Shown piece by piece: positions 44,128 to 54,925 of a stretch of 64,000 nt of DNA. How positions within the stretch are numbered: the stretch's first letter is position 1; every line of letters starts with the position of its first letter. A program made the translations under genes and the position numbers. The stretch comes from Candidatus Limivicinus sp. GTDB taxonomy: Bacteria > Bacillota > Clostridia > Oscillospirales > Oscillospiraceae. Under the pieces are notes generated by a model. The model did not search any database. It worked only from the letters and a program-made list of their open reading frames with translations, and was not told the DNA's origin. Location: positions 39,751-103,750 of the forward strand of contig JAZUEY010000070.1 in assembly GCA_045640405.1 (NCBI GenBank), in the 5' to 3' direction.

Positions 44128-45473
44128 ATTGCCGGAATCACCTTCAAAATAAAAATTAAAATACCATCGGCTGCCATTTCCAGTGCCGAAAAGGAAGCTA
44201 TTATCACCGCTGCAAGCTTTTCGGCCCGGCTCCCTGCCTGTTTCATCCAGAAACCGCAGCCAATTACGGGGAACAGAAAAGCAATCGGAATATATCTATA
44301 ATTCATGGTACAGATATACGGCGAGGAAAAACAGTACCAGACATAAAGCAGAATCATAACGGCATAGGATATTCCACAAAGAAGCTTCATCTCAACCGGC
44401 ATTGTTTTCTTTTTTATCAATGCCCAGCAAAGCATCCCCGTCATTATCAGGGAGAGCACAATGCTCATCCACAGGAGGGCAAGGAACAGATATTTAACCA
44501 AGAAATAAGGTTCCAGATAATAATTGCTGATTTCATCAAACAGCGCCGTTCTGTACAGCTGCGTCCAGACATTGTATTCGATATTTTGGTCGTAATACAG
44601 ACACGGGTATCGGATTTCTGTCAAAAGCGGGAAATGGAATCTGTCCCACAAACTGAAACCACCCACATATTGCGGCCCGGTTACAGCCTGCTCATCCATG
44701 GGCTGTGTATAGGTTAACGGGATATTAAACAGTATATTGTTTCTTATCTGATATGCAAATGCAATCGGGACGCAAATGACCAGGAAAACAACAAATTGCG
44801 GAACAAATTTTTTCCAGCTTGCGATATCCGAGAAAAACTTGTATAAAAACACCGCGCCGACAGCGAAAGCAATCATAACCGTGTTCTGCTTTACAGCCAT
44901 CCCGAAGCCGATACATAGTGCAACCGGTATAATTCGGCTCATGACGGGGCTTTTAATCCAGCCCACCGTGAAAAGAACCGTTAAAGACATAAACAGCATG
45001 GCAAGCGGATCCGGATTCACCGTCACGGCTTCAATCATAAAGAACGGATGAAATGCGCAAAGTGCCGAAAGCAGGACCTTTACTCTGCCGTTTATCTCCA
45101 ACGCGTCCAGTATTCTGATCAATACCCAAACCGTCAGGCATGAACTGATACAGGGAATTATCTGCAGGCTTTCCCAGCTCCCGGTAACGTTCAGCATAAC
45201 GGCCGACAGAATGTGAAACAGCGGAGGACTGCAGAAGCTCCATATTCCTCTCGGGTCAAAATCCGGCAGATGATGATACTTGGCAATGTAATTGATATAT
45301 TCCAGATGGCCGGTACCGTCTACTCCGGTCTGTGATGCAAAGCCCAGATCGTGCCATGAAATATTGTATGGAGATGCCAAAGCATATGCTATTCGCAGAA
45401 TACAGCTGAGCACGAAAACAGCCAGCGTAAGCCTCTCATATTTTTTTGAATTATCTGTTAAAAACTCTGCCAT
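44124..45473 (-). CDS. GT-C-fold membrane glycosyltransferase (PMT_2/ArnT-like)
   Basis: 449 aa, polytopic. The first extracytoplasmic loop contains ...HDLGF...GHLEYINYIAKYHHLPDFDPRGIWSFCSPPLFHIL. Confidence 0.6.
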   Translation of the reverse strand: MAEFLTDNSKKYERLTLAVFVLSCILRIAYALASPYNISWHDLGFASQTGVDGTGHLEYINYIAKYHHLPDFDPRGIWSFCSPPLFHILSAVMLNVTGSWESLQIIPCISSCLTVWVLIRILDALEINGRVKVLLSALCAFHPFFMIEAVTVNPDPLAMLFMSLTVLFTVGWIKSPVMSRIIPVALCIGFGMAVKQNTVMIAFAVGAVFLYKFFSDIASWKKFVPQFVVFLVICVPIAFAYQIRNNILFNIPLTYTQPMDEQAVTGPQYVGGFSLWDRFHFPLLTEIRYPCLYYDQNIEYNVWTQLYRTALFDEISNYYLEPYFLVKYLFLALLWMSIVLSLIMTGMLCWALIKKKTMPVEMKLLCGISYAVMILLYVWYCFSSPYICTMNYRYIPIAFLFPVIGCGFWMKQAGSRAEKLAAVIIASFSALEMAADGILIFILKVIPAI

Positions 45474-45512
45474 ACTTGCATTATTCCCCGATAATGATAT
45501 TATTAAAACGCT

Positions 45513-46538
45513 ATGAAAAGAATATTACCTGTTTTATTAATAATCTGCGCCGTTCTGTGCGCCTGCGGCAGGGAAGAACCTGCCGTGATTTCTGCTGCAG
45601 ATGTTCCCGTTCCGGCAGAAACCGTAACCCCTTCTCCAGAGCCGACTCCCATCATTCTCCTCGGTCAGGCTGTAACACCGGAGCAACTCGAACAGGGTTA
45701 TTCCTTTGAGCTCTTCGGGCAGGAAGTCAACACCAAAACCACCACCGAGTTGCATTACCTCAAGGAAAGCATCGGTAACGCCGGTCTTGAAAAATTCCGT
45801 GAAGTTCTGCCATATATGGAAAATCTAACTTACCTCACGTTTGACAGGTGCGACACCACGGATGAAGCCGTTGCAGAACTTCGAGACGAGTTCCCCGATG
45901 CCAACATAGCCTGGAGGATTTTCTTCTCCCCGTTTTCCTGCATGACGGATGTTGAAAAAATCTGGGCCTCCTGCGACCTTCGAGATAACGTAACTGAGCC
46001 GCTGAAGTACTGCAATAAGGTTAAATATCTCGATATCGGCCACAACGCGCTCAAAGACATCAGCTTTATTCAGTATATGCCCGACCTGGAAATCCTCATC
46101 GTCTCCTGCGGTGAAATTGAAGACATTTCACCTATAAAATACTGTCAGAAACTGAAGTTCTTTGAATGTGCCGAAACCTATGTGAGGGACATTTCCCCCA
46201 TAGGCGATGTTCCCGGTCTTGAAGATGTAAATATCGGAGGGAACGGAAAGATGAAGCCGGATTTCTCCTGTCTGTACAAACTTTCAAATCCAAAACGGAT
46301 ATTCATACAGAATTATTATAACAGCAATGTTAATATGGAAAAGATTGAGGATGAACTCCAAGAAGCGTTCCCAGACTGTGAAGTTGATACAATCTGGAAC
46401 GGTCATTCCGCTCTCAATGATTTATGGCGCTTTACACGCAGGTACTATGGCAGTTATAATACCCAGTACCAGATGATACGTGATATTTTTGAATATGACA
46501 GTGAGGTCGGATCAACGCGGCTTTATGACTGGGATTAA
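45513..46538 (+). CDS. Lipoprotein with leucine-rich repeats
   Basis: Lipobox AVLCACG. Repeated LxxLxIxxNxIxDISP-like units (LDIGHNALKDISFIQYMPDLEILIVSCGEIEDISPI...). It is one of only two plus-strand genes in the locus. Confidence 0.75.
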   Translation: MKRILPVLLIICAVLCACGREEPAVISAADVPVPAETVTPSPEPTPIILLGQAVTPEQLEQGYSFELFGQEVNTKTTTELHYLKESIGNAGLEKFREVLPYMENLTYLTFDRCDTTDEAVAELRDEFPDANIAWRIFFSPFSCMTDVEKIWASCDLRDNVTEPLKYCNKVKYLDIGHNALKDISFIQYMPDLEILIVSCGEIEDISPIKYCQKLKFFECAETYVRDISPIGDVPGLEDVNIGGNGKMKPDFSCLYKLSNPKRIFIQNYYNSNVNMEKIEDELQEAFPDCEVDTIWNGHSALNDLWRFTRRYYGSYNTQYQMIRDIFEYDSEVGSTRLYDWD

Positions 46539-47918
46539 CATTACCGCGAAATAAGCCGCTGTAAAAGCAGCAAATGAAATAAAGAGTGTTATTATACTGC
46601 TGTATCCTTTATTCATAATCCAAGAGGACGCTACCGCTCCCGCACACGCTGCGAGGGCGGTTTTTATTATTCCTTTGCAACTGAACACCTTCGTCAGCAT
46701 ATCTCTGACGAACCACAGTTCCACAAACAGAACCGCCGTTTCGGCAGCGACTGTTCCAATGGCGGCTCCGGAAGCTCCCATCTTCGGGATAAGAACTGCG
46801 TTCACTAAAAGATTTACTACGGCACCAACAATTTCCGCATAAAGGACACCATTTTCTCTGCCCAGAGGAATCATCATCTGTATCCCGGTAATGTTTGTAA
46901 TCCCGATAAGTATAACCGTGGGCATAATGAGCCGCATCGGCTGAACAGAATTCTCAAACTGCATGCCCGACAGCAGCATAATAACCGGGCGGGCAAACAT
47001 CATGAAATAAACGCAGCAGGGTATCCCAACGGCTATTACAAACGACATCGCCTTTTTCGACATCTCTTCAAAAGCAGCATTGTCTCCCCGACCCAGCTTA
47101 TATGTAGATCTCGGAAGAAGCACCGTTCCCAGGGCCGTAACCGCTCCTACCAGTGCCTGTTTCACCTTTACCGCGGAATCATAGTAACCGTTCTCCAGTG
47201 TTCCTTTCATGAAGCCCAGCATTGCGGAATCCATCATCGTATAAACCGTCGTGGCAACCGACATCGCAAAAAAGACGCCCACAGGCTTAAGGTGCCGCTT
47301 CAGGTCGTAATTCCCCGCCGGCTTAAGGTCTATCTCCTTTCCGAGATTCAAAAAGGAGATAAGCGCCCAGCCGATGCTTCCCAGCACAAGAAGAGCGCCA
47401 TAGATGACATAGTCGTCTTCCGAGCGTACAAAGAGGAATGCAAGAACCACCATCAGCAGCTTCATCGCCAGTGTAATCAACGCAAGATAGTCATACTTTT
47501 CCAGGGCGTTGTACAGCCATTCCACGCCGATCACATTCAGCAGTACCGAGAAGGACATCACCGCGAACAGCGTCTTTTCGCTTCTCATCTGCGGAACTGT
47601 GAACAGACATATGAATAACAGCGCATATGAAACGGCACAGGTCACCGCGTTAATCAGCAATATCTCCTGCACGGTTTTGCTGAGTGCCGCTCTGTCATCC
47701 CGCACCTTTGCGCATTCCCGTATCCCGTAGGTCGGCACACCAAGCTGAGCAATCATGGTAAAATAAAAAACCACCGACTGTGCGAAATTCACCTTGCCTA
47801 CGCCGGCAGGCCCCAGTACTCTGGTAACATAGGGGTATATTATCAGCGGAGCCAGAACCGTTGCCGCCATGGAGACGGACTTCATTGTGAAGTTGTACTT
47901 TATGCTATGCTCTTTCAA
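46512..47918 (-). CDS. Wzx-type polysaccharide flippase (MOP superfamily)
   Basis: 468 aa, about 12-14 TM segments. N-terminal VTRVLGPAGVGKVNFAQS is typical of polysaccharide biosynthesis (Wzx) proteins. Confidence 0.8.
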   Translation of the reverse strand: MKEHSIKYNFTMKSVSMAATVLAPLIIYPYVTRVLGPAGVGKVNFAQSVVFYFTMIAQLGVPTYGIRECAKVRDDRAALSKTVQEILLINAVTCAVSYALLFICLFTVPQMRSEKTLFAVMSFSVLLNVIGVEWLYNALEKYDYLALITLAMKLLMVVLAFLFVRSEDDYVIYGALLVLGSIGWALISFLNLGKEIDLKPAGNYDLKRHLKPVGVFFAMSVATTVYTMMDSAMLGFMKGTLENGYYDSAVKVKQALVGAVTALGTVLLPRSTYKLGRGDNAAFEEMSKKAMSFVIAVGIPCCVYFMMFARPVIMLLSGMQFENSVQPMRLIMPTVILIGITNITGIQMMIPLGRENGVLYAEIVGAVVNLLVNAVLIPKMGASGAAIGTVAAETAVLFVELWFVRDMLTKVFSCKGIIKTALAACAGAVASSWIMNKGYSSIITLFISFAAFTAAYFAVMLIPVIKPR

Positions 47919-48591
47919 TCAGTGCCTTTATGAAAACCAGTCTGTTGTGTATTTTCCGGCCTATTCCGTAACCGTCCAGCGAGTTGGCATTCTCCCCATG
48001 GCGGCGGTAGTATAACAACTTATCGTCAATAAACTTTGATGTACCTTCCTTTTCGGAGATAAGACCGAGCCACCAGTCGTGCATCTCTATGCCTTCCGGG
48101 AACGGCAAAGCTTTTTCTGCGAGTTCTTTTGTAAACGACATGCAGCAGCCGGTATAGGAATTCTTTATTATGTTCTTTATAAGACCGTGGTGAACCTTGC
48201 GCCAGGCGAAAAACGAGGGTATCAATATTTCCCAACCGGCGTCCGTCACCACGGCATCGTGCAGAACGCACTGCGTATTCTCATCATACGCGGAAAGAAC
48301 CTTATCCAGTTTGTCCGGCTTCCAAATGTCGTCCTGGTCGGAGAGGAAGATTGTATCTCCCTTTGCCTCCCGCAGGGCATTTTCGAAATTCTTCACGGGA
48401 CCTTTTCCGGGACCCGTTATTATTTTTATTCTGGCATCCTTAAAACCGCGGACAAGGTCCAGCGTATTATCTTTTGATCCATCATCGGAAACGATCAGTT
48501 CCGCGTCTTCCGGCAGCTGCGAAAGAATACTTTCCAGCTGCTCTTTTATATATTTCGACCCGTTATAGGTCGCCATGCACACGCTTATCAT
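47905..48591 (-). CDS. Glycosyltransferase family 2
   Basis: MISVCMATYNGSKYIKEQLESIL, SDDGSKD, SDQDD (DXD). Confidence 0.85.
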   Translation of the reverse strand: MISVCMATYNGSKYIKEQLESILSQLPEDAELIVSDDGSKDNTLDLVRGFKDARIKIITGPGKGPVKNFENALREAKGDTIFLSDQDDIWKPDKLDKVLSAYDENTQCVLHDAVVTDAGWEILIPSFFAWRKVHHGLIKNIIKNSYTGCCMSFTKELAEKALPFPEGIEMHDWWLGLISEKEGTSKFIDDKLLYYRRHGENANSLDGYGIGRKIHNRLVFIKALIERA

Positions 48592-49436
48592 TTTCTGCCG
48601 GCCCTGCTTCCCAGGAATCTCGCCCCGCAATCAAGCCAAAAGGCAAGTAAATTCCCCACTTTTCCTTCAGATAGGAGCTTTTTACTTACATCTTTCACCA
48701 TTTTTACGCCTTCTCCTTCCAGAGAAACGCCGCTGAGCAGCTGTGCGTGTTTTTTGAACTCGATGCCCTGCATGCGGTTGCGCTCATACTGCTGCTGCAG
48801 GCTCAGGTTATGCGAATGGAAAACCTCCGCATCCGCCGCATAGACGAGGGCGTATCCGGCATGAATCATTTTCGCGGCAAAGAACAGGTCCTCGTCCGTC
48901 AGCAGGTTCTTTTCGAAGCCGCCCAGATCCAAGTAGACTTCTCTCCGATAGGCCGCGCAGGCATCGGAGAAAAAGAAGGTCTTTATACCGAGGCGCGGAA
49001 TATCCTCCTTCGTCCTTCTGAAGCTCTTCGCCGGATAGTTGAACTCCCGGATAAGCCTTTCGTAGGGTTTTGCATCGGCTTTCGGCAACTGCCTGCCGCT
49101 CACGCCGGAAACCTGCGCATCCTCAAATGGTCTGAGCAGATTTTCTATAAGCCTGTCATTTGCCGGTACGGCATCCTGCGTCAGGAAGATGACGAAATCC
49201 CCTTTGGACGCTCTGAGAGCCAGATCCCGCGTTCCGCCGTGGTCAAACTCTCTGCGTTCTATTTCCAGCACGCGTACATTCTGGCAGGCTTTCGCCAGCG
49301 CCACAGTATTATCATCGGATGCCGAATCCACAACGATAATCTCATCCGCCTTAACCGTCTGGCATAAAAGCCTGTCAAGAAGCTCTTTTATTACAGCCGA
49401 TGCGTTTAATGTCGGTATTATTACACTAATTTTCAT
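48588..49436 (-). CDS. Glycosyltransferase family 2
   Basis: MKISVIIPTLNAS, VVDSASDD, TQDAV. Start and stop both overlap neighbouring genes by 4 nt. Confidence 0.85.
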   Translation of the reverse strand: MKISVIIPTLNASAVIKELLDRLLCQTVKADEIIVVDSASDDNTVALAKACQNVRVLEIERREFDHGGTRDLALRASKGDFVIFLTQDAVPANDRLIENLLRPFEDAQVSGVSGRQLPKADAKPYERLIREFNYPAKSFRRTKEDIPRLGIKTFFFSDACAAYRREVYLDLGGFEKNLLTDEDLFFAAKMIHAGYALVYAADAEVFHSHNLSLQQQYERNRMQGIEFKKHAQLLSGVSLEGEGVKMVKDVSKKLLSEGKVGNLLAFWLDCGARFLGSRAGRK

Positions 49437-50383
49437 ACCAGTTCTTTTATCAGTGGTATCTTCCTGAGAATTCCGGTTGCTATTGCGCAAAAAGATACCA
49501 CTATTATTGTTTTGACAGTATTCATTCCGAACACTGCGGGAATATATGCATACACTGTCCGGCTGCATATTCCCAGTATCAAAAAATGCATATAATAGAT
49601 TCCCAGTGTATATTTTCCAATCCATTTACCAAGAAATGAATAAAGTCTTCCATTATCATATAATGCAAAACACAGGAAAAAGCCAAGCGAAAGGATGAAA
49701 GTGGAGATATGGCTGTAACCGTCATTAATATAGATACCGCCCCAGGAAAGCAGCCCCGTCTGTTTGTATTTAATATAAACCAGTCCCGCTGTTCCCACTG
49801 CCATTAATATAAAGGCAATATATCTGCGTCCGGACAACTTTATTTTAATATCAGGCAAGTACTTCATCACAAAAACACCGGACAAAAAATAGAAAACAGT
49901 ATTGGCATACTGTATTGCGTTTCTGCCGATTGAAGGAAATATAATTCCATCCGCGAAACACACCAGTGTAAAAAAGAGCAGTGCTCTCTCCCCGTTTTTC
50001 GATTGGATAAGTTCAAACGACACCGGGTAGAAGAGAAGACAAACTATGTATGCCTTGATATACCACATTACGGAATCATCCATATACGCTGTATCACCGC
50101 AGATAATCATATATGCGAATCTGTAAATGATTTTCCACGCAAACAATACCACTGTCGTTTTTATGAGGCGAATAACATACCGCCTCCAATCAAAAACTGC
50201 ATAACGGTGCAAAACAGCACCGCTGGCCATGAGAAACGCCGGTACCGCGGCAAATGCGAAACACATTAAGCAGTTTCCTATTATTGAATTTCCGGGCAGC
50301 AAAGTGAAATGGCAGAAAACGACCAGAATAATCCCTGCCGCCTTCATAGCATCCAAAAATTCAATTCTCTTCGCATCAGCCAA
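49433..50383 (-). CDS. Acyltransferase family 3 (membrane O-acyltransferase)
   Basis: RIEFLDAMKAAGIILVVFCHF plus about 10 TM segments. Confidence 0.8.
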   Translation of the reverse strand: MADAKRIEFLDAMKAAGIILVVFCHFTLLPGNSIIGNCLMCFAFAAVPAFLMASGAVLHRYAVFDWRRYVIRLIKTTVVLFAWKIIYRFAYMIICGDTAYMDDSVMWYIKAYIVCLLFYPVSFELIQSKNGERALLFFTLVCFADGIIFPSIGRNAIQYANTVFYFLSGVFVMKYLPDIKIKLSGRRYIAFILMAVGTAGLVYIKYKQTGLLSWGGIYINDGYSHISTFILSLGFFLCFALYDNGRLYSFLGKWIGKYTLGIYYMHFLILGICSRTVYAYIPAVFGMNTVKTIIVVSFCAIATGILRKIPLIKELV

Positions 50384-50407
50384 AAACCATATCCTCCAAA
50401 TACTCTT

Positions 50408-52447
50408 TTATTCTTTTACCTTTCCCGGTTTCATTATGAAAACGTAAAAGAAACATACCAGACTAACCGCGGAAATAATCAGCCCGGCTCTGTAGCCCGG
50501 GGTCCCGTAGCTGAACTCTATACTATGGTTTCCTGCTTCAACCGGAAGCAGCATCATTCCGCCGGAATTGATTATCTCTCTCTCCTCACTGTCGACAAAG
50601 GCTTTCCATCCGTTATCGTACGGGACGGAAAAATAAATCAGGCTGTTCTTTTCAAAATCCGAGCTGCAGGAAAAACCTTTGCTGCTTCGAATGAAATCTT
50701 TAACTGTAAGGCCCGCTTCGAAACCGGAATAATCTGCCGTTTTCTGCCTATCCGCCTCACCAACCACTGCATATGTGAACAGTTTATTTGCATCTCCGTT
50801 CAGTTCGTCAGCGGAAATGCAGTCGCTTACGGTGAAGCCTATCGGGGCCGTCAGCAGTTCCGGCAGATCTTCCACGGAGTCCTTGAACCTTGTGTCGTTG
50901 CGGTATTCATAACCGAAAAGGGAACAGAATTCATAGGTGGAATTGCTCAATGTAGAGCTGAAGGAGGCTATGCCCATTTCTTTCCCCGGCAGGGTAATCT
51001 CGTTGCTGCTGATGTTCTGCCGGCGCTGCGCATCTTCCGGCTCCAGGCTCATGCCCAGAGAGTAATTATCAAGGTACTCCTGCGCATTCTCCGCATAAGA
51101 ATCGTATATGAACGCTGTAATTCCCGTCGTCAAAATCGCAAATGCCGCTACAGCTACCAGCATAATCCTTATGTTCTTCACCTCCAGCCAAGTCGCGGCC
51201 AGACCGGCAAAGGAAATGATTACAAACAGCAGCAATCTTTTTGCCTTAATTCCGTAACCCACAAATCCGTCATGAGGAAGTACATTTACGAGTACATAAA
51301 ATACCGCTATGATCAGTGCTGTGATGACAATTCCCTTTTTAACCGGATAATCGCCAGCATTCTCCAAAACCAGGCCGGATGCAAGCGAGCCCATCAGTGT
51401 CAGAATGAAGAACCAGCGTTTCGTATCCTCCGCGAAAAGCAGGAATCCGGACGACAAAGCCGGTATGAACGCCGATGCAGTAAGCAGAATGAGCACCAGC
51501 GAAAGCCAGTCTCTCTTTTTGAGCACATAGGCTATGCACAGACTTATGCCGACAAGAGGCAGAAAGCAGGCTATGGAATCGTACTGTTCGTAGTAGATGC
51601 AACTCTCGCTGTTCATTGCCTCTCCCGGAACGAGAAAGGCCTTCAATATGAACAGATAGTCCTTTATCTGCATTTTTAAACTCAGAGCATCCACAGTACT
51701 GCGGTGGTTTCCGAGGAGATACAGGGCATTGGGCAACAAGAGAACCGCCGCCAGGCCGACACCCAGTGCTCCACCCAGAAGAATACCTGTATTGAATTTA
51801 CGACGAATCAGCAGATATATCAGCACAAACACCGCTTCTATAACGAAGAAATAGTAGTTCACAAGCGCATTTGCGAAGACTGCAAATGCAAGCAGCGCAC
51901 TGTTCTTCGGATTCTCAGCCGTTTTTTCAATTCCCAGAAGAAGCAGCGGGAAAAGTGCCACCACATCGTGAAAATGGTAATAAAGGAGATTCGTTGCCTG
52001 AAACCCGGAAAAGGCATACAGCATTGCCGCGGCGATTGCCGCTTCCGGCTTTTTCACGAACAGCCGGACATACAGGAAGGCCAGCACGGCCGCCAGCGTA
52101 TATTTGAGCACCAGTATCCAGGGCAGGGCGTAGGGAATCGCCGCCTCCGGCAAAAGCCGGCTCAGCCAGAAAAAGGGGCTGCCCAGGCAGTAAAAACTGA
52201 ACCCCTGTATCGTGGATGTACCCAGATCCAGATTCCAGGTCCAGCCGCCCAAGTCCGAAAGCTTCAGCCCGTTCATGGCCATATTGAAGGGAATCTCCTG
52301 GCTCAGATAGTCATATCCGAAGCTTACAAAGCCCCCGTTTCTCATGGCGAGAAACATAACCGGAATCAACGCTGAAAAAAAAGCAATCAGCGCACAGTAT
52401 TTGAGTTCTTTTTTGCAATCCGACGGTTCCAACTCTTTATTTATCAT
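50408..52447 (-). CDS. YfhO-family membrane glycosyltransferase
   Basis: 679 aa. N-terminal FGYDYLSQEIPFNMAMNGLKL...GFSFYCLGSPFFWL, many TM segments, and a C-terminal extracytoplasmic domain with a final TM. Confidence 0.8.
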   Translation of the reverse strand: MINKELEPSDCKKELKYCALIAFFSALIPVMFLAMRNGGFVSFGYDYLSQEIPFNMAMNGLKLSDLGGWTWNLDLGTSTIQGFSFYCLGSPFFWLSRLLPEAAIPYALPWILVLKYTLAAVLAFLYVRLFVKKPEAAIAAAMLYAFSGFQATNLLYYHFHDVVALFPLLLLGIEKTAENPKNSALLAFAVFANALVNYYFFVIEAVFVLIYLLIRRKFNTGILLGGALGVGLAAVLLLPNALYLLGNHRSTVDALSLKMQIKDYLFILKAFLVPGEAMNSESCIYYEQYDSIACFLPLVGISLCIAYVLKKRDWLSLVLILLTASAFIPALSSGFLLFAEDTKRWFFILTLMGSLASGLVLENAGDYPVKKGIVITALIIAVFYVLVNVLPHDGFVGYGIKAKRLLLFVIISFAGLAATWLEVKNIRIMLVAVAAFAILTTGITAFIYDSYAENAQEYLDNYSLGMSLEPEDAQRRQNISSNEITLPGKEMGIASFSSTLSNSTYEFCSLFGYEYRNDTRFKDSVEDLPELLTAPIGFTVSDCISADELNGDANKLFTYAVVGEADRQKTADYSGFEAGLTVKDFIRSSKGFSCSSDFEKNSLIYFSVPYDNGWKAFVDSEEREIINSGGMMLLPVEAGNHSIEFSYGTPGYRAGLIISAVSLVCFFYVFIMKPGKVKE

Positions 52448-53493
52448 CCTAATACAAAGTCATCCGAGAAACTCGTTATCTTGCCCTGTAAACGTTCTGT
52501 CACTTCATATATCACTATGTCCGGTTCAAATTCCTGAAGCAACTCATCCGTTATTTCTTCATTCATACAAATTTTCGACGCCGAAAAACTCTCTGCAAAA
52601 AGTTCGGGTATCATCCATGCCGAAAAAAACGAATCGCACACAATAAGAACTCTGCGTGAATCTTTTTCGCCGCCGGTAACAGTTAATACTTCTGTCTTCT
52701 CCTCGGAGCTATCCCCAATCATTTTGTATAAAGAGCCGTTGAAGTCTATCGTTTGGAATTCAACGGAAGCCGGTTCCGAATCACACATTCCGAATTCCTT
52801 CAGTTTCCGCATCGTTTCGCAGTAAGCCAAATAAGCCCCCCTGTGATTCCAATGTGTATCGGATTTAAAATAGACCTGCCAGCTGCCCTTTGCTTCAACC
52901 AAACGTTCTTTTAACGGAATCAGATTAATATCCGAATTTGATAATATATAGTCTGCCAGCACATCACACTGGGACCGGCCCGTTTTCCCAGAGCCGTAGC
53001 GCAAGTATTCCGGGTAGACAGTTGTTTTGCTGGGTGCCAGAACAACCGCAAAATCTATGCCTTCTGCCGCAAGTTTATCCCGAATCTGCGTCAAGCGAAT
53101 TACAGAGCCGTTTAATATATCTTTATCCACTGCCCCGTTGTTCTCTCCGAGCTGGAGATTTCCGTCGCCGTCATAATACACCCAGCCTTCACTGCCGATA
53201 TGTATAATATCCGTCGTCGGTCTGTGCATAAGGGCTATTTTTATTTTGTTGACCGTGTTCACAGCAAAATCTCTGAACCCTATATGATCTCGCATCCACG
53301 CGCTGAGTTCTTCCCAAAATTCGGAATTGATTTTCCCGTCTTTATCAAACAGTTCCGGTGCCCCTGCCAGGAAACGGTTTTCATTTTCCGCCACACCGAT
53401 ACCGCTTCTGTTTGTAAACAACAAAGGAAGCAAAATGCAAAACAGGAAAACCGCTATTAAAACGTATGACTTTTTCTCAACTGTTTTTTTCAT
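52444..53493 (-). CDS. AlgJ/AlgX (DHHW)-like SGNH-type O-acetyltransferase partner
   Basis: N-terminal anchor, and the motif FKSDTHWNHRGAYLAY. Sits immediately downstream of an MBOAT gene. Confidence 0.7.
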   Translation of the reverse strand: MKKTVEKKSYVLIAVFLFCILLPLLFTNRSGIGVAENENRFLAGAPELFDKDGKINSEFWEELSAWMRDHIGFRDFAVNTVNKIKIALMHRPTTDIIHIGSEGWVYYDGDGNLQLGENNGAVDKDILNGSVIRLTQIRDKLAAEGIDFAVVLAPSKTTVYPEYLRYGSGKTGRSQCDVLADYILSNSDINLIPLKERLVEAKGSWQVYFKSDTHWNHRGAYLAYCETMRKLKEFGMCDSEPASVEFQTIDFNGSLYKMIGDSSEEKTEVLTVTGGEKDSRRVLIVCDSFFSAWMIPELFAESFSASKICMNEEITDELLQEFEPDIVIYEVTERLQGKITSFSDDFVLG

Positions 53494-54870
53494 TCAAAAG
53501 TTAAAGTAAATAAAAGGATTGTACGTCCCCGAAACAACAAATATCATTCCAAGAACAAGCAGAATAGCCGTGCACGCAATTCGAACCGGTTCCGGCATTT
53601 TTTCTTTCTTTATTAAAGGAATCGAAAACAGCACCGATATCAGTATTATTGGTCCAAAATCGCTGAGCGCATACAGCGCATCATTTGCTATGCCTTCCGT
53701 AAACACAAACATGCACTTAATATATGTAAAGGCTTCCTGCATCCCAATTGCCCTGAAAAACACCCAGCCGATTACGCAGACCAGCAACGTATAGACATGG
53801 CCGATTGCTTTCGGGATTTTCAGATGCATCCTTTTTTCTGCAAAACGTTCCGCAACAACAAAAAATCCGTTCCAAAGTCCCCAGACGGCGAAAGTCCAGG
53901 ACGCACCGTGCCACAGGCCCGTCAGGGCAAAAACAGCGAGGAGATTCAAATATACGTTCCCTTTTCTGCTCCCGCCGAGCGGAATATAAACATAGTCCCT
54001 GAACCAGCTCGAAAGCGAAATATGCCATCTGCGCCAAAATTCGGAAATGCTTTTAGAGATGTACGGAAAATTGAAGTTTTCCAGTATGTGGAAACCGAAC
54101 ATTCTTCCAAGCCCTATTGCCATATCCGAATAGCCTGAAAAATCGAAGAATATCTGCAGCGAATACGCAACTGCCCCAATCCAGGCAACTCCGGTACCCA
54201 GAAATTCCGGATTAAGATTAAATGCATAGTCTGACGCTATTGCAAGATTATTCGCAAGAATTGTCTTTTTTGCCAGCCCTTCCGCAAAACGTGTCACGCC
54301 TTTCGAAAAATTGCCTGCATTCTCATCTCTGGATATTATTTCTTCCTGTATATCCGAATATCTGACTATCGGTCCGGCAATCAGCTGCGGGAAGAATGCC
54401 ACATAAAGAGCAACAATCAAAGGATTTCTTTGAACCGGAACTTTTTTTCTGTATACATCGATTATATAGCTCATTTCCTGGAATGTAAAAAAAGATATTC
54501 CCAGAGGAAGTGCCACATAAATATAATCAATGTTTAGTTTAAAAGCTCTGTTAAGCGTGTTGATTGCAAACCAGATGTATTTGTAATAAAACAGCAACGC
54601 CAGATCCAATGCTATGGCGAGCACGAGCAGCATCGTTTTAAGGTTCTTTTTGCCGCAGCACGAATCAACCAAAAGCGCCATGGCATAATTCACGGCAATA
54701 GACAGCATCATAACCAAAACGAACTTCGGCTCGCCCGAGGCATAGAATGCCAGGCTCATTACAAGCAGAAATGCGTTTCTTGCCGTCCTGTGTTTCTTTC
54801 CTATCAGGTAATATCCCGCCAGGCACACAGGTAAAAATATGAATATGAATTCTACGGATGAAAATACCAT
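53494..54870 (-). CDS. MBOAT-family membrane O-acyltransferase (AlgI/DltB-like)
   Basis: SEFWRRWHISLSSWFRDYVYIPLGGSR contains the conserved MBOAT histidine context. 458 aa, polytopic. Confidence 0.85.
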   Translation of the reverse strand: MVFSSVEFIFIFLPVCLAGYYLIGKKHRTARNAFLLVMSLAFYASGEPKFVLVMMLSIAVNYAMALLVDSCCGKKNLKTMLLVLAIALDLALLFYYKYIWFAINTLNRAFKLNIDYIYVALPLGISFFTFQEMSYIIDVYRKKVPVQRNPLIVALYVAFFPQLIAGPIVRYSDIQEEIISRDENAGNFSKGVTRFAEGLAKKTILANNLAIASDYAFNLNPEFLGTGVAWIGAVAYSLQIFFDFSGYSDMAIGLGRMFGFHILENFNFPYISKSISEFWRRWHISLSSWFRDYVYIPLGGSRKGNVYLNLLAVFALTGLWHGASWTFAVWGLWNGFFVVAERFAEKRMHLKIPKAIGHVYTLLVCVIGWVFFRAIGMQEAFTYIKCMFVFTEGIANDALYALSDFGPIILISVLFSIPLIKKEKMPEPVRIACTAILLVLGMIFVVSGTYNPFIYFNF

Positions 54871-54925
54871 ACAATAATAGCTGTCATATCTCCGCTGCCA
54901 GCAAGCAGAACAGTGTTCCTCAGGC

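Noticed and set aside
50309-51679. 456-aa plus-strand ORF
   Set aside because: It is antisense to the YfhO gene. Its translation is low-complexity and Arg/Gln/Cys-rich, without membrane or domain features.
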